In this document: positions 1-8,303 of the stretch, piece by piece | Numbering within the stretch: position 1 is the stretch's first letter | Layout: the number at the start of each line of letters is the position of its first letter | Translations under genes and position numbers: made by a program | The notes under the pieces: generated by a model | Told to the model about the DNA's origin: nothing | Database searches by the model: none | Seen by the model: only the letters and a program-made list of their open reading frames with translations | Assembly: GCA_030681595.1 (NCBI GenBank) | Contig: JAUXSB010000036.1 | Location: 1 to 62,016 of the forward strand | Origin: Candidatus Omnitrophota bacterium | GTDB taxonomy: Bacteria > Omnitrophota > Gorgyraeia > Ghiorseimicrobiales > Ghiorseimicrobiaceae | Length of the DNA: 62,016 nucleotides | Direction: 5' to 3'

Positions 1-490
1 GGCCCAATTCTTTTAGGGCTTTTTCTGCCTGCGATTTATTCTTACAGAAATAACTGCGCGGTAAATCCAGGCCGATTTTCTGCATTGCCTTTTTAAACAA
101 TTGCCGGTCCTCGGCCTTAGCAATGGTTTTTTCGTTTGCGCCGATTAACTCTACTTTATATTTCTTTAGGATTCCTAAACGTGCCACCTCCATCGCGGTA
201 TTTAAGCCGGTTTGGCCGCCAAGCGTAGGTAGAAGCGCGTCCGGCCTTTCTTTAGCTATAATTTTTTCAATAATCGCGGGTGTTACCGGCTCAATATAGG
301 TAGCATCAGCAAACTGCGGATCCGTCATAATCGTAGCCGGGTTAGAATTTATCAAGACTACTTTGTAGCCGTCTTCTTTTAAGGCTTTGAGCGCCTGTGT
401 CCCCGAATAATCAAACTCACAAGCTTGGCCGATAATAATCGGGCCGGAACCGATGATCATGATTTTTTTAATGTCAGTGCGTTTAGGCAT
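1..490 (-). CDS. carB: carbamoyl-phosphate synthase large subunit, N-terminal part (gene runs off the left edge)
   Basis: Reverse translation from the ATG at 488-490 gives [58 protein letters not shown]..., the canonical CarB N-terminus. It lies directly downstream of carA on the same strand. Confidence 0.9.
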   Translation of the reverse strand, partial: MPKRTDIKKIMIIGSGPIIIGQACEFDYSGTQALKALKEDGYKVVLINSNPATIMTDPQFADATYIEPVTPAIIEKIIAKERPDALLPTLGGQTGLNTAMEVARLGILKKYKVELIGANEKTIAKAEDRQLFKKAMQKIGLDLPRSYFCKNKSQAEKALKELG

Positions 491-512
491 ATTCTCTCGC
501 TTCGCTCAAGAG

Positions 513-576
513 AAACCAGATACCAGTAGCCAGAGACCAGAGAATTTTCTGGTTACTGGTTTTTAGTTGCTGGTTT
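513..576 (-). repeat. long imperfect hairpin built from ACCAGA/TCTGGT words (carA-carB spacer)
   Basis: Arm aaaccagataccagtagccagagaccaga, short loop, arm tctggttactggtttttagttgctggttt. One arm encodes the last residues of carA (KPATKNQ). A homologous spacer lies at 41903-41956, including the shared flank ctcgcttYgctc..gagaaaccag. Confidence 0.75.
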
Positions 577-1671
577 ATTTTTCATCATATCAACAAATTT
601 TGCAAACAAATACCCCGCGTCGTGCGGGCCGGGGCCGGCTTCCGGGTGGTATTGCACGCTAAAAAGCTTAAGCTTCTTACACTCTAGACCCTCGACAGTA
701 TTATCGTATAAATTAACGTGCGTCATTATAATATCCTTGCGTGGGATAGAAGCAATGTCCACATTAAAGCCGTGATTTTGACTAGTTATCGCGACTCTAC
801 CAGTCTTTAGATCTTTAACGGGGTGATTTCCGCCGTGATGGCCGAATTTTAATTTAAAGGTTTTGCCGCCTAAAGCCAAGCCCAGCATCTGATGCCCCAG
901 GCAAATCCCGAAGATCGGAATTTTACCGATTAAATTACGCGCTGTCTGGGTAACATAGGTTACTGCCGCAGGATCCCCAGGCCCGTTAGAAAGCAAAACT
1001 CCATCGGGCTTAAGTTCCAATATTTCGCTAGCCGAAGTATTTGCGGGGACAACTTTAACTTTACATCCCGCTTTTATCAAATTACGCAGAATATTATATT
1101 TTACCCCGCAATCTAAGACGACAACATTAAAAAATCGTGCGGAGTGCGGAGTGCGGAGTGCGGAATTCCAATCATACAACTGCTTACAAGTCACGCCTTT
1201 AACTAAATCAACGCCTTCTAAATGCGGGGAGGATTTTATTTTCTTGACCAAGTTCTCTAGATTAAAATCTTCGGTAGAAATTACCCCTTGCATTGCGCCC
1301 TGTTGCCTTAAGTGCCGGGTTAAAGCGCGGGTATCTATGCCCTGAATCGCTAAAATGTTATATTTTTTCAGATACTCATCTAATGTCAAAGTAGAGCGCC
1401 AATTAGAGCGGATTGAACTTAACTCTTTTACCACAAAACCCGATAGATAAGGTTTAGCTGATTCTACATCTTCCTCGTTAACCCCGTAATTTCCGATTAA
1501 AGGATAAGTCATGGTAACAATCTGGCCGCAATAAGAAGGATCGGTAATAATCTCCTGATAGCCGGTGATAGAAGTATTAAAAACCACCTCGCCAAAGGCC
1601 TCCCCTTTTGCGCCAAAGCCTATCCCTTCAAAAACCGTCCCGTCTTCTAAAACCAATACTGCCTTTTTCAC
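553..1671 (-). CDS. carA: carbamoyl-phosphate synthase small (glutamine amidotransferase) subunit
   Basis: 372-aa ORF. N-terminus LVLEDGTVFEGIGFGA..GEVVFNTSITGYQEIITDPSY; class I GATase part with GICLGHQ catalytic Cys and HPE near the C-terminus. Confidence 0.95.
   Translation of the reverse strand: MKKAVLVLEDGTVFEGIGFGAKGEAFGEVVFNTSITGYQEIITDPSYCGQIVTMTYPLIGNYGVNEEDVESAKPYLSGFVVKELSSIRSNWRSTLTLDEYLKKYNILAIQGIDTRALTRHLRQQGAMQGVISTEDFNLENLVKKIKSSPHLEGVDLVKGVTCKQLYDWNSALRTPHSARFFNVVVLDCGVKYNILRNLIKAGCKVKVVPANTSASEILELKPDGVLLSNGPGDPAAVTYVTQTARNLIGKIPIFGICLGHQMLGLALGGKTFKLKFGHHGGNHPVKDLKTGRVAITSQNHGFNVDIASIPRKDIIMTHVNLYDNTVEGLECKKLKLFSVQYHPEAGPGPHDAGYLFAKFVDMMKNKPATKNQ
1137..1164 (-). repeat. 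tandem heptamer (GTGCGGA)x4 inside the carA coding sequence
   Basis: Four perfect head-to-tail copies read directly. They encode SALRTPHSAR in the linker between the two CarA domains. Confidence 0.9.
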
Positions 1672-2201
1672 TTTAAATGCCTATCCTTATGGTAAATTCC
1701 GTTATAGCCTTCAGTTTCATCTACGTTTAAAAATACTAGTTGCGCTACGCGCGCATTTTGTTTTATTTTGATACCTGCGGGATTTTCTACCACAAGAATA
1801 AATTCTCCTCTTCCTTGAAATCCGGCATCCCAGACACCATGCTGAGTAAATGCACCCGAGCGAAGAAGTGTGGTGCGGCTAAATGCTAGGGCAGTTAAAT
1901 CATTAGGTAGGTTAACTGTCTCATTCGTCCTTATTTTATAAACTCCTTTTACTAAATTCCACCAGCCGTGCTTATCCCCTGGATCTAGCTTCCGGGGTAA
2001 AATACTTTTTGCCTCCGGCACGACTCGTTCTTTATTGGAAAAATCCACCGCACCAGCTGAAACAAACTCAAAAATCTCCGCTACTGTCAAATCAAATCCG
2101 TTCGGCGTCAGCTGAGTTTCTAAATCAAGACAATTCTCAATCAGCTTTTTTTCTACGATTAACTTTTTAATCTGATTTTTATTTAACATGCCTCTTTCCA
2201 C
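1668..2201 (-). CDS. dCTP deaminase / dUTPase family protein
   Basis: C-terminal half ...FSRTTLLRSGAFTQHGVWDAGFQGRGEFILVVENPAGIKIKQNARVAQLVFL matches the trimeric Dcd/dUTPase fold motifs (GxxDxGFxG, QLxF). Position 2201 is a GTG. The ATG at 2189 (MLNKNQ), preceded by GGAAAGAGG, is the more likely start. Confidence 0.7.
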   Translation of the reverse strand: MERGMLNKNQIKKLIVEKKLIENCLDLETQLTPNGFDLTVAEIFEFVSAGAVDFSNKERVVPEAKSILPRKLDPGDKHGWWNLVKGVYKIRTNETVNLPNDLTALAFSRTTLLRSGAFTQHGVWDAGFQGRGEFILVVENPAGIKIKQNARVAQLVFLNVDETEGYNGIYHKDRHLK

Positions 2202-2202
2202 A

Positions 2203-2245
2203 CCCCCGCGGTGTGAAGTTCTTTCACCGCGGGGGTGCTTTTTTA
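2203..2245. other. GC-rich 13-bp hairpin (CACCCCCGCGGTG ... CACCGCGGGGGTG)
   Basis: Perfect inverted repeat with an 11-nt loop, between the truncated LOG-like fragment and the dcd-like start. The T-run lies on the plus-strand side only, so its role for the minus-strand genes is unclear. Confidence 0.5.
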
Positions 2246-2395
2246 CTACTTACCACTTAATAGATGTTTTTTATATAATTTATGACTTTTTCCACCCACT
2301 TTAGCTATATTTTTGCCTAATTTATGGGGAGTTTGCTCCACTTCTGGCGTACAGTTATGCCCGCCAATAACACTGATAATTAGCCTATTTTGCAT
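2246..2395 (-). pseudogene. truncated N-terminal fragment of a TIGR00725/LOG-like (Rossmann, lysine-decarboxylase-like) gene
   Basis: MQNRLIISVIGGHNCTPEVEQTPHKLGKNIAKVGG... resembles the first ~35 residues of that family (xIxVIGG....e.A..lG..IA..G). It then terminates after 49 aa, whereas full-length members are ~150-190 aa. Confidence 0.3.
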
Positions 2396-2402
2396 ATCTT
2401 TT

Positions 2403-3332
2403 TCACAAAGAATCTGTTCCGAGAATAAATTTAAGAATAGCGCTACCAACAGGATCATCGGCATTATACATCCCCATATTCATATCGCGATGGGTATGGT
2501 TTTTAACAATGAGTAAATGCGCACTGCCTCCCGCGCTTTTTAGAGCATTGGTTAATTCCTTACTCTGCGCTATGGCCGGCTCTCTATTGCCCGAAGCAAA
2601 AATAAGAAACTTGGGATAAACGCTATCCTTGGAGATATTATAAAGCGGGGAAGCCGATTTAAGCACCTCGGGATCGGTTCCGAAAGCTTCTTCAATAAAT
2701 CGCTTTACCAGTTTCTCGTTGCTAGCCGCTATAAGATCAAAACTTGCCGTATCCACAGGTATAACCCCGGCAAACTTCTTGGGCTGGAGGCCATATTGCT
2801 GTAAGTAGCCTGAATCAATGGCTAACAAAGCTGCTAAATGCGCGCCAGCTGAATGTCCGGAAATAAATACCCGGTTTTCATCGCCGCCTAATTCATCAAG
2901 ATGCGCAAAAACCCAGGCCACCGCATCAGCGCAGTCCTGCGCATGAACAGGATGCTGAACATCGGGAGACAAACGATAATTTATCGAGACAAACAAAATT
3001 CCTCTAGTAGCGTAGAAACGCCCGTGTTCCTCAGTTCGAGACTTATCCCCCATTTTCCAGCCTCCGCCGTGAATATGTATAAGAACTGGGAATTTGAATG
3101 TTCCTTTCTCGGGAATATAGACATCTAATTTTTTTAGGGGATCCGCATCGCTAGAATAGGAAATATCGAGTTTCTTGGTTATGGAGGATACCTCCCTTTG
3201 AGATTGCCTCTTTTTTAAGAAAGCTCTTAATCTTCCCCGTCTTTCTCCGGCCCCATCTTGGGCAATAGCAATATACTGCATAAAACTAACAGATAGAATT
3301 AAAGCGATTAAAGCACATTTTAAAATTCTCAT
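2403..3332 (-). CDS. secreted alpha/beta-hydrolase (carboxylesterase/lipase type)
   Basis: N-terminal signal peptide (MRILKCALIALILSVSFMQYIAIA), oxyanion HGGGW motif and nucleophile elbow GHSAGA. Confidence 0.8.
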   Translation of the reverse strand: MRILKCALIALILSVSFMQYIAIAQDGAGERRGRLRAFLKKRQSQREVSSITKKLDISYSSDADPLKKLDVYIPEKGTFKFPVLIHIHGGGWKMGDKSRTEEHGRFYATRGILFVSINYRLSPDVQHPVHAQDCADAVAWVFAHLDELGGDENRVFISGHSAGAHLAALLAIDSGYLQQYGLQPKKFAGVIPVDTASFDLIAASNEKLVKRFIEEAFGTDPEVLKSASPLYNISKDSVYPKFLIFASGNREPAIAQSKELTNALKSAGGSAHLLIVKNHTHRDMNMGMYNADDPVGSAILKFILGTDSL

Positions 3333-3412
3333 GCCCCCATCTCCCCTTTTTCCATTACTTTTCGCCTAATTCTTCTTAATTCTTAACACTTTAATCTTAA
3401 ATCTGATTTTAT

Positions 3413-3484
3413 TGCGCCTGGCAGGAATCGAACCTGCACCACCAGCTTCGGAGGCTAGTGCGCTATCCGTTGCGCTACAGGCGC
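3413..3484 (-). tRNA. tRNA-Arg (anticodon CCG)
   Basis: Reverse complement GCGCCTGTAGCGCAACGGATAGCGCACTAGCCTCCGAAGCTGGTGGTGCAGGTTCGATTCCTGCCAGGCGCA folds as a cloverleaf. 7-bp acceptor, anticodon arm CTAGC/CTCCGAA/GCTGG, T-loop GGTTCGATTCC. CCA is not encoded. Confidence 0.9.
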
Positions 3485-3485
3485 G

Positions 3486-4724
3486 TCAAAATAAGCTTAA
3501 CTGCTCTTCCTGCTTGTTTGTTTTATCGTTATCATCAAAAAGTGAGATAGTGCCGTATTCGCCGTCGTATCCGGCTAAGAGCTTTACCTTACCCTGTCTT
3601 ACTTTAAATATCCCTTCGGCGATGCGCGGCGAAATATTTTTCCTGATTTCTTCCTCGCCTGCCTTAAGCAAGATGTTAAATTCGGTGCCGAATTTAGCTA
3701 CTATTGTTTGGTATTCGCGCCCAACCGCAACCGAACCCTTACCCACGCCTCTGGCATTAGCAATAATTTCATCTAAGGGGATTAAATTTTTAAACGGTAT
3801 GGCATTATCCGGCTTAAAACCTTCCGGCCTGTCGGCAAGCTGTTCTACCCTATTCAGTACGCCGATAGTTAAATTTTTGCCGCATTTAGGGCATTTGTTA
3901 TTATTTGCCTTTGTTTCTTTGGGAGAAAATCGCACACTGCATCCGCGATGGCCGTCATAATGATACTTGCCTTCTTCTGGAAAAAATTCTATTGTTGATA
4001 AAAATTTATTTTTGTCTTTGTTCTTCAGGGCGTCTCTGATTGCCGCGTAACTCATTTCGCAGTTAAAAACATTTGCCTCGCGGCCGATTTTCTGCGGCGA
4101 ATGGCTATCGCTGTTAGAAATTAAGCTAAACCTGTCTAAGGCCGACAGCCGCCAATTCATCGCGGGGTCAGACGATAAACCCGTCTCTAAGGCAAATATT
4201 TTCGGTGTGTGTTTTTCAAAACAGTCCCCGATTTTGTCAAAACCCGACATTGAACCAAAGAGCGAAAACCATGGCGTCCAGATATGGCCGGGAATAATCA
4301 TGCAACTTTCATCGATATCAAAGACAATGCGCGCAAGCTCTGCCGCATCGAGGCCCAAGATGGGGCGGCCGTCAGAAGAAAGATTGCCTATCCCGGAAAG
4401 ATAATGGTTAATTTTATCTACTGTCTTAAATGAAGGGGCAAAAATAAGGTTATGTATACGGTAGCCCTTGTTATTTTTGGAATAAATACTGCTTACTTCG
4501 GTGGTCAAGATAAAATGTACGCCATTATACGCAAAGAGGCCGTTACTCTTATCTTCAAGTTTGCTTTTTAATTCCTCAAGCCAAAGATGGTGGGTAAAAT
4601 CACCCGTTCCCATTAAGGCAACGCCCTTTAGTTTTGCCCATTGGGCGATGTGCTCCACATCCATATCTTTGCTTGTGGCACGAGAATATTTGGAGTGGAC
4701 GTGAAAATCAGCGATAAATTCCAT
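3486..4724 (-). CDS. PHP-domain protein of the endonuclease Q (EndoQ) type
   Basis: N-terminal DFHVHSKYSRATSKDM PHP metal-binding motif, further His clusters, and an internal zinc-ribbon CPKCGK, in a ~410-aa protein. Confidence 0.6.
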   Translation of the reverse strand: MEFIADFHVHSKYSRATSKDMDVEHIAQWAKLKGVALMGTGDFTHHLWLEELKSKLEDKSNGLFAYNGVHFILTTEVSSIYSKNNKGYRIHNLIFAPSFKTVDKINHYLSGIGNLSSDGRPILGLDAAELARIVFDIDESCMIIPGHIWTPWFSLFGSMSGFDKIGDCFEKHTPKIFALETGLSSDPAMNWRLSALDRFSLISNSDSHSPQKIGREANVFNCEMSYAAIRDALKNKDKNKFLSTIEFFPEEGKYHYDGHRGCSVRFSPKETKANNNKCPKCGKNLTIGVLNRVEQLADRPEGFKPDNAIPFKNLIPLDEIIANARGVGKGSVAVGREYQTIVAKFGTEFNILLKAGEEEIRKNISPRIAEGIFKVRQGKVKLLAGYDGEYGTISLFDDNDKTNKQEEQLSLF

Positions 4725-4728
4725 TTCC

Positions 4729-4779
4729 GGGTATCAGGTATCAGGTATCACGATTCCGTGTTACTTGTGACGTGCTACA
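4729..4779 (-). repeat. hairpin built from (GGTATCA)x3 words
   Basis: ggtatcaggtatcaggtatca followed by the imperfect complement cgtgttacttgtgacgtgctac, immediately 5' of the EndoQ-like start. The same word family occurs at 60327-60390. Confidence 0.7.
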
Positions 4780-4815
4780 TGAGACCTATTTCTTTAATAG
4801 TTATTTAACATTACC

Positions 4816-4945
4816 TCAATGCGTGCCCTGCCAGTAAACGCGCTTACACTCGGAGCAGACATTGAACACACTTTGAGTATTATAGACGTATTCCGGAACT
4901 TTGTCTTTTATTTTTTCTTTGGGTATTTGTTCTAAAGGCGGGGTT
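4816..4945 (-). pseudogene. relic of the C-terminal zinc-ribbon of a Mut7-C-type RNase gene (no start codon)
   Basis: The minus-strand frame reads ...EQIPKEKIKDKVPEYVYNTQSVFNVCSECKRVYWQGTH*. The CxxC..YWxGxH ending is typical of Mut7-C family C-termini. The frame opens just after a TAA inside the pyrC 3' end and contains no ATG. Confidence 0.3.
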
Positions 4946-6215
4946 CGTTCTTATAGGCTATTTTCCCGCCGCAGAACGTATACTCAACAATGCCTTTTAA
5001 TTTTCTCCCTAAAAATGCCGAATTTTTAGACCTAGAAACGAAATCCTCTTTTTTCACCACCCATTCTTTATTAGCATCAACAATAATAATATCAGCATCG
5101 GCACCTTCACTTAACGTACCTTTATTGATACCCAAAATCTTTGCCGGGCTAAGCGACATTTTATTTACGAGCCCTGTCCAATCTAAAATCTTATGTGTAA
5201 TTAATTCGGTTATGGCGACAGCTAATTCTGTTTCTAGGCCGATTACGCCGAATTCCGCGCGCTCAAATTCAATATCTTTTTCATTGTCCGTATGCGGGGC
5301 GTGGTCTGAGGCAATAGCGTCAATCGTACCATCAGATAAACCCTGCTTTATCGCTCTCACATCCTCTTTACCCCTTAACGGCGGGTTCATTTTTTTATTA
5401 GTATCGTAGCCCAAAACATCTTCTTCCGTTAGCGCAAAATAATGCGGTGCGGTTTCAGAGGTAACTTTTACTCCTCTTTTTTTTGCGTCTCTAATTATTT
5501 CGACTGATTCTTTGCAACTGACATGGGCGATATGCGCTGAAGCATTCGCTTTTTGAGCTAATTCAATATCTCTTTTTATTCTTTTGTATTCGGATTCGCG
5601 CGATATGCCGCGTAACCCCAGCCGCGTTGAGGTAAAACCCAGATTTACGGCACCATTAGCGGATAACGTCTTATCCTCACAGTGGCAAATTACCAAGATT
5701 TGGCTTTCTTTGGCTTTTTTAAAAGCTGCCGACATCAACTCTTCGTTATCAACGGAAACACCGTCATCTGAGATTGCTATTACGCCTTCTTTCTTTAACG
5801 TAAGCGTATCGGCCAATTCTTTACCGAGGCGTCCAAACGTAATCGTACTACAGATATAAACATTTGCCCGCGCTGTCTTCTGAATAATGCCTTTGACTAA
5901 CGAAACATGCTCGGCGCAATCAGGCGCGGGTGTTGTATTCGGCATTGCCAAAACGCTGGTTATCCCGCCCTTTACGGCGGCGAGTGTTCCGGTTTCAACT
6001 GTCTCTTTGTCTTCCCTGCCCGGCTCTCTTAAATGCACATGCATGTCGACCAAACCCGGCAGGATAATTTTGCCTCCGGCATCAATGACTTCTTCTGCTT
6101 CGCGCTGGATATCTTTGGCGACTTGAACTATTTTTATCCCGTCAACTAGAATATCCAGGATTTCGTTGCGGTTATTAGCAGGGTCAACTACAAGGCCATT
6201 CTTAATTAAAATCAT
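4932..6215 (-). CDS. pyrC: dihydroorotase
   Basis: 427 aa. LPGLVDMHVHLREPG metal-binding motif, ...SDHAPH... and the amidohydrolase fold order. Lies between pyrB and the car genes. Confidence 0.93.
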   Translation of the reverse strand: MILIKNGLVVDPANNRNEILDILVDGIKIVQVAKDIQREAEEVIDAGGKIILPGLVDMHVHLREPGREDKETVETGTLAAVKGGITSVLAMPNTTPAPDCAEHVSLVKGIIQKTARANVYICSTITFGRLGKELADTLTLKKEGVIAISDDGVSVDNEELMSAAFKKAKESQILVICHCEDKTLSANGAVNLGFTSTRLGLRGISRESEYKRIKRDIELAQKANASAHIAHVSCKESVEIIRDAKKRGVKVTSETAPHYFALTEEDVLGYDTNKKMNPPLRGKEDVRAIKQGLSDGTIDAIASDHAPHTDNEKDIEFERAEFGVIGLETELAVAITELITHKILDWTGLVNKMSLSPAKILGINKGTLSEGADADIIIVDANKEWVVKKEDFVSRSKNSAFLGRKLKGIVEYTFCGGKIAYKNEPRL

Positions 6216-6224
6216 GTCAGTGTG

Positions 6225-6299
6225 GAGCGTATAGCGTAGAGCGTATAGTAAAAATCTGTAAATCTATTGATTTCCTATGCGCTATCCGCTAAACGCTAT
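6225..6299 (-). repeat. hairpin built from GCGTATAGC words (pyrB-pyrC spacer)
   Basis: gagcgtatagcgtagagcgtatag ... ctatgcgctatccgctaaacgctat. The same word also forms the leader-peptide coding regions at 22009-22043 and 23571-23604. Confidence 0.7.
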
Positions 6300-7223
6300 T
6301 TTCTCCTGTGCTTGCGCCACTAAAAATAAAACCGCCATTCTCACTGCGATACCGTTGGTAACTTGCTCTAAAATCACCGAATTTGCTCCGTCGGCAACGC
6401 TGCTTTCTATTTCAATGCCGCGGTTTATGGGCCCCGGATGCATCACGATAATATTTTTTTTGGCTTTTTTAAGCCTTTCCTCGGTAATGCCGAAATTTTT
6501 AAAATATTCTAATTGTTGCGGGAAGGCGGTACCTAAATCACGCTCAAACTGCATCCTCAAGACATTGACGGCATCGGCATCTTTTAGCGCATCATTAATA
6601 TTATCACTTACTTTTACGCCCATCTTCTCGATTTCCGGGGGGATAAGCATTTTCGGGGCGCATACCGTTACTTGCGCGCCCAACTTTGTTAAACCCCAGA
6701 TATTTGAACGCGCGACCCTCGAATGGGCAATATCACCAACGATACTTACTTTTAGCCCGGAAATATGCCCCAGCTTTTCCTTTAAAGTAAAAATGTCAAG
6801 GAGCGCTTGCGTTGGATGCTCATGCCAACCATCTCCGGCGTTAACCACGCTGATATTGACACGGCGCGCCAGCATTGCCGCGGCCCCTGAAGCATTGTGC
6901 CGGATAACAATAATATCGGCTTTAAGCGCCTCGATATTGGCGCCGGTATCAACTAATGTTTCGCCTTTTTTAATACTGGAACTTTCGGTCGCGATATTTA
7001 TAACGTCGGCGGATAATCTTTTGGCGGCAACTTCGAAAGATACGCGGGTACGCGTGGAAGGTTCATAGAATAAATTGACTACGGTTTTTCCGCGCAGTGC
7101 CGGAACTTTTTTAATCTCGCGGCTAGAAACCTCTTTAAAAGATTCAGCAGTAGATAAAATAAGCTCGATTTCTTCTTTCCCTAATTCTTCAAGCCCCAAT
7201 AAGTCTTTACGAATCCAAGCCAT
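6282..7223 (-). CDS. pyrB: aspartate carbamoyltransferase catalytic subunit
   Basis: 313 aa. FYEPSTRTRVSFE carbamoyl-phosphate motif and HPxQ (HEHPTQAL) motif. Confidence 0.95.
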   Translation of the reverse strand: MAWIRKDLLGLEELGKEEIELILSTAESFKEVSSREIKKVPALRGKTVVNLFYEPSTRTRVSFEVAAKRLSADVINIATESSSIKKGETLVDTGANIEALKADIIVIRHNASGAAAMLARRVNISVVNAGDGWHEHPTQALLDIFTLKEKLGHISGLKVSIVGDIAHSRVARSNIWGLTKLGAQVTVCAPKMLIPPEIEKMGVKVSDNINDALKDADAVNVLRMQFERDLGTAFPQQLEYFKNFGITEERLKKAKKNIIVMHPGPINRGIEIESSVADGANSVILEQVTNGIAVRMAVLFLVAQAQEKIAFSG

Positions 7224-7230
7224 ATTATTT

Positions 7231-7274
7231 CAAGCTACAAGCCACAAGCCGAACAGCTTGAAGCCTGAAGCTTG
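7231..7274 (-). repeat. hairpin built from CAAGC/GCTTG words (pyrR-pyrB spacer)
   Basis: caagctacaagccacaagc-cgaac-agcttgaagcctgaagcttg. Two of the four plus-strand mismatches are A/C, which become G-U pairs in the minus-strand (sense) RNA. Confidence 0.75.
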
Positions 7275-7287
7275 CAACCTGCAGCTA

Positions 7288-7866
<579 letters not shown>

Positions 7867-7918
7867 TTATTTCGTCTAAACAACTTACGTTCACTGTCGT
7901 TCCGTAATTTGTGGCCTC

Positions 7919-7950
7919 AAAAAAATACCTCTGACTTTTAATCAGAGGCT
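7919..7950 (-). terminator. intrinsic terminator in the pyrR leader (attenuator)
   Basis: Minus strand: AGCCUCUGA-UUAAAAG-UCAGAGGU followed by AUUUUUUU, about 55 nt upstream of the pyrR ATG. Confidence 0.7.
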
Positions 7951-7981
7951 ATAATATTTATATATTATTTTATCCATTTTT

Positions 7982-8013
7982 TCCTTGCCGGCCTCGCTGT
8001 GCCAGCTTAAAGG
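7982..8013 (-). promoter_or_regulatory. candidate PyrR-binding hairpin (anti-antiterminator) of the pyr leader
   Basis: Minus strand: CCUUUAAGCUGGCACAGCGAGGCCGGCAAGGA. Lower stem CCUU/AAGG, upper stem GCUGGC/GCCGGC, loop containing CAGCGAGG. The known PyrR binding-loop core is CCAGAGAGG. The hairpin sits at the 5' end of the predicted transcript. Confidence 0.55.
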
Positions 8014-8024
8014 TTATTATATTA

Positions 8025-8052
8025 AGTATACTACATAATTCTTGTTTGTCAA
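8025..8052 (-). promoter_or_regulatory. sigma70-type promoter for the pyrR operon
   Basis: Minus strand: TTGACA - 16 nt - TATACT. Confidence 0.55.
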
Positions 8053-8053
8053 C

Positions 8054-8100
8054 CAAAAATTATAGTTCTTTCCCATGCTTATCGCAAAATGGAAAGAACT
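8054..8100 (-). terminator. intrinsic terminator downstream of the pil operon
   Basis: Minus strand: AGUUCUUUCCAU-loop-AUGGGAAAGAACU (12 bp with one bulge) followed by AUAAUUUUUGG. Located ~200 nt after the pilM stop. Confidence 0.55.
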
Positions 8101-8303
8101 TGATTGCACAGATTTTAAGAAGATTACACCGATTTTACGCCGTAGATTTAATCTGTGTAATCGATTTTTAATCGGCGTAATCAGAAGCTTTCCGAATAAA
8201 ATAGGGCTAAGACAGAAATTTGACAAAGAACGTCTTCATTCGCGGGCGGTTATATCAAATTCTTGCCACAAATTCGGGAAAGCTTCAAAAATATCCAAAC
8301 CAA

